Below, piece after piece: positions 1 through 12,420 of a stretch of DNA of 64,000 nucleotides; positions within the stretch are counted from its first letter, which is position 1, and each line of letters opens with the position of its first letter. The position numbers were made by a program, and so were the translations under genes. The notes beneath the pieces are model-generated. The model searched no databases, was not told the origin of the DNA, and saw only the letters and a list, made by a program, of their open reading frames with translations. Source of the DNA: Octopus sinensis (lineage: Eukaryota); the NCBI RefSeq assembly GCF_006345805.1, contig NC_043011.1:46078464-46142463 (forward strand), in the 5' to 3' direction.

Positions 1-346
1 AAAAAAAATGAGTCAGTTTTATACTGACCAACCTCTCCAATATTTCTTTCTTCATAACTTTATACAAAAACACACTGCATTCTGTTCTGTTACCAGAAAT
101 AACTTCTCTGAGCCCATCAACTACTGACCAAACATTTTCACCAGATTTCATTCATGATGAAACCAGTCATAAACAGCTCTGTCCCTTATTCTCTCTTTCT
201 CTCATTCTTTCTTTCTTCCTCCCACCACAGTGGCTATCAATACAGATTGAACAGTTTATGCAGTCAGTCTACATATTTTAAGCCTCATGCTAGAGATTCT
301 GAGTTGGTGTCTATCACACTGTAACAAATGTGCAACTGGTAACAAG

Positions 347-684
347 GCATCTCCTACTTTTGTTAAACAATTCGCTAACATAAAAGTTGAGTATCTTTTA
401 CTATTGTGGCAATTTTCTCTTGCCTAAAAGTTAGGTACCTCCTTGTCTTTTTTCAAGCAATTCTCTAGCCGAAAAGCTTGACATCTCCAACTCTTGCTAA
501 GCTATTCTCATGCTTAAAAGCAAGGCTTCTGTTAGCTTTTGTTAAGCAATTATCTAGACTAAAAGTTACATCTATTCTATGCTTGTTAAGATAATATCTA
601 TCCTAAAAGCACCTCCAAGCTTTTGTTAAGCAAAACTTTAGTCTAGAAGCATCTCCCAGCTATTTTTAAGCAATTCTCTAGCCT
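347..684. repeat. Degenerate ~40-45 bp minisatellite, about 8 units
   Basis: Recurring core TTGTTAAGCAATTCTCTAGCCTAAAAGCATCTCCAAGCTT with substitutions and indels. Confidence 0.7.
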
Positions 685-1699
685 ATGGTTACTCCGATAT
701 AAAGACCATTGGGCAAAAAATGATCTGGTCATTATCAGATCTTTCAACAACAGCTGGAAATTGTGACATTCTTATACACCTGAGTTTGTGACCATTATTG
801 ACACCAAATATGATGCATTGGCTTGTCTTTACATCATATCAACTGCGTGGACAGGGTCTAAAATTCTGCATGGTCATAGCTGACTGTCTTGTTATGTCTT
901 CTTATATATTAAAATCATGCAGTGTTGAGATGTTTGGGGCATGTGCAAACTTGACTGGTTGGAAATATGTAGTCACCATCTGCATTGGGGATATGTGTTA
1001 TATATATAAACAAACACACATGTATATTATATATATATATATGGAAAAAAAAAAGACACTAACTGAAAAAAACCTACAGTGTTTGAAGTTAGTAGAATTT
1101 ATTTCTTTTAACTTGTTTTGAAATATCAAATCTGAAAAAAATACCACCTAGTTTTACACTTAAAACAGTAAGAAAAAAAAAGACCGTCTTTGAATGCAAA
1201 CTTCTCATTACTATAAATAACGATGACATTTTAAAATATTTACTTTGCTTAAAGAGAAAGTGAAAGTAGAAGTAAAGGAAGATTAGTGCATATAAAAATT
1301 CAGGAAACCAAAATATAAAACAGAAATATCGATCTATGGAAAAGTAGTACTTCCAATTTAACGAAAATTATAGGTCTTAAGAATTACGTAGTTCTTCAAA
1401 AATAAATTGTATTTAAGAAAGAATTTTAATATTTAGGTTGGCATCACCTAAAAAGATTTTTAAATACAATACAAAGTCTATAACTTTTCAAGGAAACTGT
1501 CAACGAAGTGTAATTTGTGATGTAAGGGAAATAACTGTAGCAATGATAGCGATAAATGATTGATTTCAAATAGAGGATAGAGATTAGGCGAGGGGGGATT
1601 ATTTGGACGAGCTTAACGTCGTCTTTCATGCTAGCAAAGTATGTACCATAATTTCCTCTTCTGCCAAATGCATGACTCCATGCCAAACTTAGATAAGAT

Positions 1700-1890
1700 T
1701 TGCGTTCAAATCCTGTTAAAGTTGACTTTGTCTTATGTACTTCTGGGTTCGATAAAAGAGATACTGGTCATTTAGTCATTTACTGGAAGCCATATAATTG
1801 ACTAGTTCCCTTTCAGAATTTAAATCTCATTGGGGGGGGGGGGGGGGGGGATAAAATAAAGTACCAATCAAGTACCAGATTCATGGTATT
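1700..1890 (+). mobile_element. Decayed SINE-B remnants with a G19 run
   Basis: GTTCAAATCCTGTTAAAGTTGACTTTG and GATAAAATAAAGTACC match SINE-B; G run at 1832-1850 sits where other copies have GGGG. Confidence 0.55.
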
Positions 1891-2016
1891 GCCTAACGTC
1901 TTTACCTGAAAAGTGTTGGCCCGATGCTTAAATCAGAAGCGATTTTTATATCATCATCATCATCATCCTCACCACCACCACCACCACCACTACTACCACC
2001 ATCATCATCATCATAA

Positions 2017-2182
2017 GATGGCGAGCTGACAGAACCATTGGCACACCGGACAAAATACTGGGTGGTATTTTATCTGTCTTTACGTTCTGAGTTCAAATTC
2101 TGCCGAGGTCAACTTTACCTTTAATCCTCTTGGGGGCGGGGGTCGATGTAAAAGACTAGTCCGCTCACCCAAAATTTCAGGC
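2017..2182 (+). mobile_element. SINE-B2 (tRNA head + Meta-like central domain), followed by a HINE at its 3' end
   Basis: A-box-like GGCGAGCTGACAGAA, B-box GAGTTCAAATTC, GAGGTCAACTTTACCTTTAATCC domain. Confidence 0.75.
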
Positions 2183-2533
2183 GCGCCTTAGCGAAGGCAG
2201 AAGTATTGTTTTCAGTCGTATTTGTTTGTCCATGGACAAAATATCTCAAGAACCGCTGGATGGATTCGGATGAAACTTTCAGTGATGTTAGGCCTCGTGA
2301 CTGACACGAACTGATTAGATTTTGGGATCGATTCGGTACCGGACAATGATTCTGGATTATTTTTGGTTTTTTTTTTTTACTTAAATTTTGAGAGCGGTCG
2401 GGTTCATTTTTAGTATTCTCGTTTGTGAGAGCAGTCGAGTTTATTTCAGATATTCTCATTTTCAAAATTATCTCTGGCTAATCGTTCAGAGGATGTTCGT
2501 GTTGCCTTGGCAGAGGTTTGCACTCTTCGAGTC
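2183..2533 (+). mobile_element. Helentron-associated non-autonomous element (HINE/DINE-1-like)
   Basis: 5' palindrome GCCTTAGCGAAGGC then GTATTGTTTTCAGTCG; 3' sub-TIR CCTTGGCAGAGG followed by stem-loop GCACTC-TTC-GAGTC and a T-rich flank. Confidence 0.75.
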
Positions 2534-2657
2534 TTCTTCTTCCGATTCTTCTTTTTCTTCTTCTTCTTCTTAGTACTAGTAGTAGCAGCAGAAGAAAGAG
2601 AGAAGAAGAAGAAGAAGAAGAAGTAGAAGAAGAGAAGAAGAAGAAGAAGAAGAAGAA

Positions 2658-2689
<32 letters not shown>

Positions 2690-2699
2690 AGAAGAAGAA
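2533..2699. repeat. (TTC)n tract facing a ~110-bp (GAA)n tract
   Basis: Read directly; source of the poly-K/E/F/L ORFs in the track. Confidence 0.95.
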
Positions 2700-2700
2700 T

Positions 2701-2906
2701 GATTTCAAATTTTGGCACAAGGCCAGCAATTTTGGAGGTGGGGTAAGTTATGTCGATCCTAGTCCTCAACTAATATTTATTTTATCGATCTAGAAACGAT
2801 GAAAGTCAAAGTCAACATCTGTGGAATTTGAACTCAGAACGTAAAGATGGACGAAATATTGCTAAGTATTTTGCCCAATGTGTTCACGATTCTGACAGTT
2901 GCTGCC
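2701..2906 (-). mobile_element. SINE-B2
   Basis: TTTCAAATTTTGGCACAAGGCCAGC tail, GATGAAAGTCAAAGTCAAC, GAATTTGAACTC B-box (reverse). Confidence 0.85.
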
Positions 2907-3508
2907 TTTCGAAGAATAATAATGAGAAAAAAATGGTATTGAGCTTGACTAAATGCTAACGATATAGAGTTGTGTCCCTTCACTTTATGTCCTATAATTA
3001 TACCCCATACACCAAAACATTTTCACGAAAATTACATAAAACCCCAAAAATTTGGAATGAAGTATGTTTTAGTAGATTTTCAATAATACCTTCAATTGTT
3101 CAACTCATAATTACATCTGTATTTATTTCTGATGCTGGTCGTGTTTGCTACCCAAGAGTACATGAACTAAAGCAAGCCAATAACACACTAGCATTATATG
3201 AATTAATATATGTCTGCCAATTATGTAACAAATGTTGGTGGTCTAAAGAGACACATGTCTATATGCAATACCAAAATGTCATGATTCTGTATTGCATGCG
3301 ACTGGACAAAATCTGTTAATGCAATGGCTGGGCATCATCAGCTGGGACAAAATGTCCATTTTGCTTTGGAAAATGTTAACGAGAAAATGTCATTCTCATT
3401 ACTGATCAGACTTGCATCATAAGAGTGTGTGTGATGTAATACGCTTGTATATATAGATGTAAGTGAGTGTGTGTGCCTATATGTGTATGTGTTATATATA
3501 TATATATA

Positions 3509-3881
3509 ATAATTATTTGAGGGAATATTATTCCTAACTTACAGGGAAAAATTCAATTTAGAAATACAAAATCAAATTTCACAAAATATAATATATATAT
3601 ATATATATGAAATTTAGAAAAAACCACCTTTTATCAATTCAAAATGGACAATTAAATTACACCATCTAGAAAATTACATATAATAGAAATATTAAAAATA
3701 ACAATAATATACCGATGATTAAGTAAATTGCAAAATAATGATAAAAAATAAAACTAAAAATAATAAAAATAGTAAAATATTTCCTACCAAATATATACAT
3801 TTTTATTATTATTTTGCAATTTACTTAATCATCAGTATATTATTGTTATTTTTAATATTTCTATTTTTCTAGATGGTGTAA

Positions 3882-3888
<7 letters not shown>
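3509..3888. repeat. AT-rich element between (TA)n tracts, containing an inverted repeat (arms 3650-3747 and 3800-3888)
   Basis: AATTAAATTACACCATCTAGAAAA...TTGCAAAATAATGATAAAAA is mirrored by its reverse complement, with a 9-nt indel. Confidence 0.8.
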
Positions 3889-3926
<38 letters not shown>

Positions 3927-4039
3927 TAAATTGTATTGTTTATACCTGGTAGCTTACTGGTAAAGCATGTTTACTTTCACAGTGTGTGTTGGGTGTTTGA
4001 TTAATAAGACAGATGGAAGATGGAAGATACAAGTATGTT

Positions 4040-4230
4040 TATTGGTCACTTAAACTGTTTCGACCCATCTAGCATTGATCCCTCATGAGTGGGATACTTA
4101 ACAATTGGTTTAGGAGTATCTGATAGTGTAGATGTGTCTCTTCATACAATTACAAGACGTATCCTATTAAAATAATGACTGTTCTGCAAGATATCTTCTT
4201 GATTTGTGTATAGAAAAGCAGCAAATTAAA
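4040..4230 (-). mobile_element. Diverged interspersed repeat, possibly a Penelope-like 3' end (second copy 7040-7190)
   Basis: Shares TCTAGCATTGATCCCTCATGAGTGGGATACTTAACAATTGGTT..AGGAGTATC with 7051-7105; degenerate CTCATGA...GAAAC then AATAAA on the minus strand. Confidence 0.4.
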
Positions 4231-4399
4231 AGATACAGCTTCATTTTTACATAAGATCAATTATAAATACTAGATGCAAAATGAAGCGAATACACTATGT
4301 AGCAAAAAAAAGTAGTGATTAATAAACTCTGTTGTATCCTCCATCTTCCATCTCTCTCATTAATCAAGTGTGTATATATATATATAAACATATACATTG

Positions 4400-4464
4400 G
4401 TCTCTTTTGCTGAACTGTAAACTTTTGGGGACAGAAAAACACCAACATTGGTTGTCAAGCACAG

Positions 4465-4498
<34 letters not shown>

Positions 4499-4663
4499 AA
4501 TGGGTTTCTTTCAGTTTCCATCTACCAAATCCACTCACAAGGCTTTGGTCGGCCTGAGGCTATAGTGGAAGACACTTGCCCAAGGGGAGGTGAGACGCAG
4601 TGAGATTGAACCCAGACCCATGTGGTTGGAAAGCAAGCTTCTGACTGCACAGCCATACCTGCA
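4400..4663 (-). mobile_element. SINE-A (tRNA head + CORE-like), partial
   Basis: CTTTCAGTTTCCATCTACCAAATCCACTCACAAGGCTTTGG...GACACTTGCCCAAGG. Confidence 0.85.
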
Positions 4664-6209
4664 CACACTTGAATGAGTGAAGAAAGGAAAGAAAGTAGCA
4701 CTCCACACATTTGGCTGGATTTACATTAAATAATAGTTTGACTTAGTTCTATTGTAACACGGTGTGTAAAGACATTTCCACTGCATGGTGAGTAAGATGT
4801 GTCCTGCTGTATGGCCACAAAACGTTAAGCATTGTTAAACTGTTAGTAAATACACACGTGCCTATATATATGCACATATGAAGATACATGAGTGTGTATG
4901 CATGAATATGTGTGTGTATATATATATATACTTTTATAAATGTATATATTTTTAAATACACACATATTTACATAAATATATGTGTGTGTATATATATACA
5001 TACACATATTTGTATGTGTGTGTGTGTATGTGTGTGTGTATATTGACATATTTGTATAAATGTTAGTGTATGGGGTTTATGATTTGCTTCAAGCATTCTG
5101 TTTCAGTGGAAACAAAATATTTGACTGTGGTATGGCGCCTTCTTAATTAGAACTGCATCTCCTGACCTGCTGGAATGCCTGCAGTACAATTTGAATTGCA
5201 AAACAGAAAATTTGAGAACGATACAAAATTTTCCACTGATAAATTAAACATCTTTGAAAATCTACATTACAGCAGTTGTCTAAATTATGTCTAATTAATT
5301 GTAACTTACCACGGTTACCCAACAATAACATTATTGGTTAATTACTGCTTCTGTCTAACAATGAGGTAGACAAACAAGAATAGACTTAATCTAGATCTAA
5401 GAATCACTGGAGCCATTCGGTAGCTCTATCTGAAGGATATTTCTTTACCAAAGTTTTTCAAAAGATTCAATCTCTGATATTTAATGGAAGAAAATCTCTA
5501 AGGACCATCTAATTGAAAGTCTCTCTGCAGAACAAAATGGTAAATAAAAGACACTTGGCACATATAGCCTTTATCTATATTATGTTTGTTTTTTTTTTGT
5601 CTATTTGTATTTGTTTTCATTTCCAAAACTTTTAAGTGTTTAATCATAAATGAAAGAAGCTTTTCTTTGATTTTCTTTAAATAACATCATTCATTCATTC
5701 TTTACTTATTTCCTATACATTACTTTCAGAATCAACAAAACTTCAAATATCTCAGCCAAGTTCCCTCATGGCTCTTACTTCTTTCTCCGATTAGAATTAA
5801 GTTCTTTTTTTTTCTTCTTTTTTGTCTTTCTATTTTTGCCTCATACACTTCTCAAAATATATCAAATAAAAAGAAAAAAAAGTTAGCTTAGAAAGTTAAA
5901 GAGCCAAAATGATTCAAACAAGAAATGTTTGTTATATCCACTTCAATTAACACACAAAATTAATTAAATGAAATCCAATGGGTTAATATGTCTTGAGCCC
6001 TTTTATTAAATGGGTATTAGGTTAAAATGCTTGTCCATGGCCTGATATGCTAATTAAGTGCTATATTCAATTAGCTGTCTCATTATCAGTGTGTCAGCTT
6101 GAAGGGAAACCTATCTTAGACTCTTTTTATAAGTTAAAGAAATTACTTCATGCGAATCTGCATTGGAGAAAACACACACACACAAATGTATACACATACA
6201 TACATATAT

Positions 6210-6240
<31 letters not shown>

Positions 6241-6256
6241 CATACATATATATATA

Positions 6257-6519
6257 CCTCATCTGGCACCTGTGTCGGTGGCACATAAAAAACACCATCT
6301 GAGCATGGCCGTCTGCCAGCCTCGTCTGGCACCTGTGTCGGTGGCACATAAAATCACCCACTACACTCTCGGAGTGGTTGGCGTTAGGAAGGGCACCCAG
6401 CTGTAGAAAAACTGCCAGATCTGACTGGCCTGGTGTAGCCTTCGGGCTTGCCAGACCCCAGTTGAACCGTCCAACCCATGCTAGCATGGAAAGCGGACGT
6501 TAAACGATGATGATGATGA
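6257..6519 (+). mobile_element. Repeat C (RTE-like 3' tail ending in (GAT)n)
   Basis: GGTTGGCGTTAGGAAGGGCACCCAGCTGTAGAAA...CCATGCTAGCATGGAAAGCGGACGTTAAACGATGATG. Confidence 0.85.
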
Positions 6520-6634
6520 TATATATATATATACATATATGTATACATACACATATATGTATATACATACATATACATACATACATATATACATACATAC
6601 ATATACATACATACATATATATCTTTCTCTCTTT

Positions 6635-6953
6635 CTCTTTTCTCTTTTACTTGTTTCAGTCATTTGACTGCGGCCATGCTGGAGCATCGCCTTTAATCGA
6701 GCAACTGGACCCCGGGACATATTCTTTGTTAGCCCAGTACTTATTCTATCGGTCTCTTTTTTGCCGAACCGCTAAGTGACGGGGACGTAAACACACCAGC
6801 ATCGGTTGTCAAGCGATGCTAGGGGGACAAACGCAGACACACAAACACACACATATATATATATATATACGACAGGCTTCTTTCAGTTTCCGTCTACCAA
6901 ATCCACTCACAAGGCATTGGTCGGCCCGGGGCTATAGCAGAAGACACTTGCCC
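6635..6953 (-). mobile_element. SINE-A, head truncated
   Basis: CTTTTACTTGTTTCAGTCATTTGACTGCGGCCATGCTGGAGC through GACACTTGCCC. Confidence 0.9.
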
Positions 6954-7039
6954 ATATAGATACATTATATATATATATTTGTGGCAACTGAAAGATGGAA
7001 TATGGAATATGTGAGAATTTATTATTAATCATAACAATT

Positions 7040-7190
7040 GCTTTGGTATGTCTAGCATCGATTCCTCATGGGTGGGACACTCAACAATTGGTTCAGGAGT
7101 ATCCAGCAGAGTAAATAGACGCAACTCATTGGAGTAACAGTTCCACAATGTAACTTCTCATTTTGTAGAAAGAAAAGCAGTCAGATGGAG
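7040..7190 (-). mobile_element. Second copy of the 4040-4230 repeat
   Basis: TCTAGCATCGATTCCTCATGGGTGGGACACTCAACAATTGGTTCAGGAGTATC. Confidence 0.4.
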
Positions 7191-7589
7191 GAAATATCTT
7201 CATTTACAGAGAAGAGGAAAAATAAAATCACAGATGAAGAAAAGAGAAGCAAACACACAAAACAGTGAGAAAAGTATTAAAAAAAACCCCAATAACAAGT
7301 ATGGATGTATAAATGCCCTTGGGCAAGCTGCATGCCACGAGGACATTTGATTTATACAAGCACCCACAAAAATGTGAGCATGCACACACGAGGTTTGGTG
7401 CACTCATGATCACAAAACGAGTTAACTATCTACTTGGTGTTTGTAAGAATGGGGAGGTTAAAAGTAAACTTAATTCCTCAATACCTTAAAGTAAATTATG
7501 TTAACAGTTACACAAAATTCATTCCGACTGCAATGTGTGAAAGTACATTTATATGTGTATAGACACCACAAGAGTCTTCAGAAATTCTA

Positions 7590-7982
7590 TTGTTGTTGGA
7601 AGCACTCCGTCGGTTACGACGCCAAGGGTTCCGGTTGATCCGATCAACGGAACAGCCTGCTCGGGAAATTAACGTGTAAGTGGCTGAGCACTCCACAGAC
7701 ACGTGTACCCTTAACGTAGTTCTCGGGGATATTCAGCGTGACACAGAGAGTGACAAGGCCGGCCCTTTGAAATACAGGTACAACAGAAACAGGAAGTAAG
7801 AGTGAGAGAAAGTTGTGGTGAAAGAGTACAGCAGGGATCACCACCACCCCCTGCCGGAGCCTCGTGGAGCTCTTTTAGGTGTTTTCGCTCAATAAACACT
7901 CACAACGCCCGGTCTGGGAATCGAAAGCGCGATCCTACGACTGCGAGTCCGCTGCCCTAACCACTGGGCCATTGTGCCTCCA
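7590..7982 (-). mobile_element. SINE-D, full length (resembles the tRNA-derived octopus OR-type SINEs)
   Basis: Minus head GGAGGCACAATGGCCCAGTGGTTAGGGCAGCGGACTCGCAG...TTCGATTCCCAGACC with A/B boxes; (CAA)n tail. Confidence 0.9.
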
Positions 7983-9510
7983 TTAATGATCTTCTCATTA
8001 GTCCACAGAATAGACAGGGATTCCTCGGAGCAGAGATAGCATCTCCAAAAAATTATATTGTATGGTTTCGTGTGTCTTACTATGGACCAAGTTATGCTGT
8101 ACTTCCTTTTATCCTCCTTCAGTGGATGTTAAATGATGCTGATGATGATGATGATATATATATTCATGTATGCATGCATTTTATATCTTGAATGGATGAA
8201 AAGGACAACACAGCATTTCACCAATGTACTATGTGTGTAAAAATGTGCCAAAACAATTGTAGTGATTTAAAATTAAGAATGTCACTCATTCCATTTTCTA
8301 CCATTTATCTGTTTATATAAAGTCTATGGATAATATGGAATTCTTAGTGTATATCCAGTTGCAAGTGTGGTTCCATCATATAATGACATCAGATAGCCAT
8401 CAACTGAAGATGAGCTTTGCATAGCATACAAGTTTTTTTTCTTTTACCCAAATCTTATTTAACTAATACATATGTATAAATATGTATGCATACATAACAG
8501 TTTAACTCAGCTCCACATTACATCAAGTTTCATGTAGGACACATGCATCTCATTAGATGTAAGATCAATTATCTAGTTTTCATTTACAGGAATATCATTA
8601 ACACTTTGGCTCTTTCATGCTTGATTTATCTTCTAAATTAGAGAAACTGATATAAATTTTATCTCAACAAACAAAGCAAAATGTATATAAATTACCATCC
8701 TAAAATATTCAATGGTCTGTTATTAAGCAACCATTGAATTTTCAAACTAAGATTTAGGAGGAAGAAAAGGAAGAAATTTTAATCTAAGAAAACTTAAGAA
8801 ATCTAAGAAAACTTTGGTTTGTTAATTTACAAGATGATATTTTCTCACTGTATATATACTTCATTAAAAATATTATTCTTATCATTGAAAGACACCAGCC
8901 CCCCTTCAAGAAAAACCTAATAGAGAAAGACAATAAGCCAAAGAACTAGAATTCCAGATTGTTGGAAGATTAATTAAAAAACTCTAACAAATAATATGGT
9001 AAACTATGTATGGATTATAACAAATGCCAGTCAGTCTGGCTCTGTGCATTTCAGTTCTTACATTAAAGAATAATGAGACATAACAGTAATAACAATAAAA
9101 CTATAAACATTTGCTTTGAAGAAAAATATAGTTTAATTGTCAGGAAATACAAGCGGTACCAAATCTATCATTTGTACTCATTCACTTACATAGTTATATC
9201 TCACATAACAGTTGCAGCTGCACCAGCTTGTTTCAAGTTGCATTGAGTTATTATCTTACAACAATCTAGTCATTTAAATCTGATGTTTTTTTTCTTCTCC
9301 CTGCTAAACTAATAAGGTCTGGATATGATTTTACAAATTACATCGTTGGATGAGTTGATTTATGTTGAATTGGCGTTTGTAACTCCAAGCCAATAACAAG
9401 GCTGTAAGAACTGAACCAATTATACAAGAATGCTTCCCTTATCAAGTATGCAATACAACATTACAAAAGCTGGTTTTTCTATTGTAGAGACAGAAAATAA
9501 TTCAATGTTG

Positions 9511-9772
9511 TACTCTTTTACTCTTTTACTTGTTTCAGTCATTTGACTGCGGCCATGCTGGAGCACTGCCTTTAGTCGGGCAAATCGACCCCAGGACTTA
9601 TTCTTTGTAAGCCTAGTACTTATTCTATTAGTCTCTTTTGCCAAACTGCTAAGTTACGGGGATGTAAACACACCAGCATCGGTTGTCAAGCGATTTTGCA
9701 GGGACAAACACAGACACACAAACAAATACACACACACACACACACACACACACCACACACACACACACACAT

Positions 9773-9807
<35 letters not shown>

Positions 9808-9967
9808 TACGACTGGCTTCTTTCAGTTTCCATCTACCAAATCCACTCACAAGGCTTTGGTCGGCCTGAGTCTATAGTAGAAGACACTTGCCCAAGGTGC
9901 CATGCAGTGGGACTGAACCCAGAACCATGTGTTCGGTAAGCAAGCTACTTACCACACAGCCACTCCT
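9511..9967 (-). mobile_element. SINE-A, full length
   Basis: Minus head AGGAGTGGCTGTGTGGTAAGTAGCTTGC...GGTTCAGTCCCACTGC; internal (TG/TA)n; AAAAGAGT tail. Confidence 0.92.
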
Positions 9968-10110
9968 GCGCCCACGTAAATATATTTGATGAAGTCTGTT
10001 CCTTTCCAAACTTCTGATTGTGAAATAGTGTGTAGTACAATTACTACTCACACATTTCTCACAGTGTATATGATATAATATGTAATATTATAATATGTAA
10101 TATGATATAA

Positions 10111-10280
10111 ATGTGGAGGCACATGGCTTGGTGTTTAAGATTGTGGTTTTGATTCCTGAATTGGGCAATGCTTTGTGTTCTTAAATAAAATATGTCATAT
10201 TACATTGATCCAACCTACTCAGCTGGCAAAATTGAGTAACCCTGTGATGGACTGGCATCCCATCCAGTGGAGGAAGAGCA
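10111..10280 (+). mobile_element. SINE-K (tRNA head + CORE-like + V-like domain), decayed
   Basis: GGAGGCACATGGCTTGGTG...CTCAGCTGGCAAAATTGAGTAACCCTGTGATGGACTGGCATCCCATCCAG. Confidence 0.7.
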
Positions 10281-10320
10281 TATATGTGAGGACCCCAGTG
10301 GTCTTGACACAAAACACTGT

Positions 10321-10559
10321 TTATTTATTTCTTTATTCCCCCCAAGGGGCTAAACACAGAGGGGACAAACAAGGACAGACAAACGGATTAAGTCAATTAT
10401 ATCAACCCCAGTGCGTAACTGGTACTTAATTTATCGACCCCGAAAGGATGAAAGGCAAAGTCGACCTTGGTGGAATTTGAACTCAGAACTCTAGCAGGCA
10501 GACGAAATACGGCTATGCATTTCGCCCAGTGTGCAAACGTTTCTGCCAGCTTGCCGCCT
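10321..10559 (-). mobile_element. SINE-B1, full length
   Basis: CTGGTACTTAATTTATCGACCCCGAAAGGATGAAAGGCAAAGTCGACC; GAATTTGAACTC; CTGCCAGCTTGCCGCC. Confidence 0.92.
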
Positions 10560-10822
10560 TTCAAAACATTGTTTATTGTCATCCAATCTATGGACATGAC
10601 TCGATCATGTGAGGTTGATTATTTAAGCTCATGTCAATTCACCCAGAAACAAAAACACATTATGAACTCTACCAGGTGATGAAGATATACATCGACTCAT
10701 TGTGGTGAATTGACTTTTTACATCTTAGCACACTTACTGTGGTACAGATGGTTCATTTTGTATCATTGGAGAATTGAAGTTACAATTCACCACTTTGTAC
10801 TTCTGTTTCAATTGTTGCAAGT

Positions 10823-11158
10823 TGTCATTCTAAAAACGATCATATCACTGAAATCTTAAAGCTACAAGATAATGCATGATTAAATAAACATCACATTTGA
10901 CAGATTAATCTGAATGTTGAGAATTTATTGTGCAATCATTCCTCTGAAATAACAACTGGTTGTGGCTTTCTCTTGCCTTCTGCTGATTTATTTTAACAGT
11001 TTAGTCTGCTAGTTCCTTGTTTTCTCAAGCTTACTCCTGAAGTACAGGGTCTATTTAAAACCTTTAGGCAGAGAGACTTTTGCATGTAACCACAAGGACT
11101 GCCCACTCAATGGTATGCCTGTATGACTACTATGATTCTTGTATGCTTTATTAATCTT
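10823..11158 (+). repeat. Copy 1 of a 336-bp local direct duplication (copy 2 at 15271-15606)
   Basis: Manual alignment gives about 19 differences in 336 bp; includes the 3' half of MITE-F plus ~240 bp of flank. Confidence 0.92.
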
Positions 11159-11898
11159 CATTCATTTTATAAAGTTATATATTCTGAGTACAATAGAATA
11201 CATCTCACTTGATAACAGTATACATCATAGAATCTGAGAAACCAACTTTATGGGCCTATGATTCAGGGATGGACTTTGATTTTTGTTTTCCTTTTTATAA
11301 TATAAACATTCTGGACTACTTCTATCTGCTGAGGCAAGATTTTAGTTCTTCAGAATCAGAAGTTTGGAAAGGAACAAACTTCATCCAATATATTTACTTC
11401 TGATATACTTCTTGAAATTAATATCTTCACGGTGCTTTAGGGATCTAATGAGTTGCAGGAGGTTTTCATTTGGAAGAAGAGCATTTGGTTGTAAAGTCAG
11501 TACACCTTATTATACACAGGACACACAGAACAATACACAGCACACATATACAATACACAAAATACATACAATACTATATAATAACACTTGCATTACTATA
11601 TACAGTACCCATATAACTTTACATAATACACATGTAAGTATATATATAAGGATATACAAAAACTGAAAAATATTGAAATGATAAACACTTATGTATATAG
11701 ATATTTCTATATACGTTGATAAATAAATTTCCATGGAATATAAAAAATGCAAAAAAACTGAGGGGAGAGTGCATAGCTTTCTTCCCTCGGCTTTCAGAAC
11801 CTTTTATACACCATATAGATTTAATTGTCAGTATATATAAATATGTATATACTTGCACATAAGTGTTTATCTTTGCAATATTTTCAGCTTTTGAATAT

Positions 11899-11900
<2 letters not shown>

Positions 11901-11946
<46 letters not shown>

Positions 11947-12052
11947 TTGTGTATAAGTATGTGTGAATGCATGTATGCAAATTTATATATATATAAAACT
12001 TAGTTGTGTTTATCTTCATTATCATCTCTCTCTCTCTATCTATCTATCTATC

Positions 12053-12096
<44 letters not shown>

Positions 12097-12105
12097 CTCT
12101 ATCTA

Positions 12106-12173
<68 letters not shown>

Positions 12174-12184
12174 CATACACATGC

Positions 12185-12230
<46 letters not shown>

Positions 12231-12369
12231 GAATATATATTCCTTTATTCAGTTATTTGTTTCAATCATTTGACTATGGCCATGCTGGAGTATATACACA
12301 TACACACGCATATATGCATATATATCTGTACATATATATTTATGTGTGTGTATCCATCCATCCATCCGC

Positions 12370-12412
<43 letters not shown>

Positions 12413-12420
12413 TATATATA
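11901..12420. repeat. Compound microsatellite (TA)n/(TATC)n/(TC)n/(CA)n
   Basis: Read directly. Confidence 0.95.

Noticed and set aside
3200-3290. YVCQLCNK..GGLKRHMSIC zinc-finger-like peptide
   Set aside because: Needs a frameshift; at best a decayed LINE C-terminus, not a gene.
3705-3840. CTGATGA/CCGATGA in the 3.7-kb fold-back as a hammerhead
   Set aside because: Followed by GCAAAA, not GAAA; no P1 or P3 pairing.
5311-5527. Minus-strand acceptor/donor pair (CTGCAG| ... GTG|GTAAGT)
   Set aside because: Stops in all three frames; could only be non-coding or a start exon (MLLLGNR), with no further support.
7900-7982. tRNA-like heads of SINE-D and the other SINEs
   Set aside because: A/B boxes are present but there is no complete cloverleaf, and they continue into SINE bodies.
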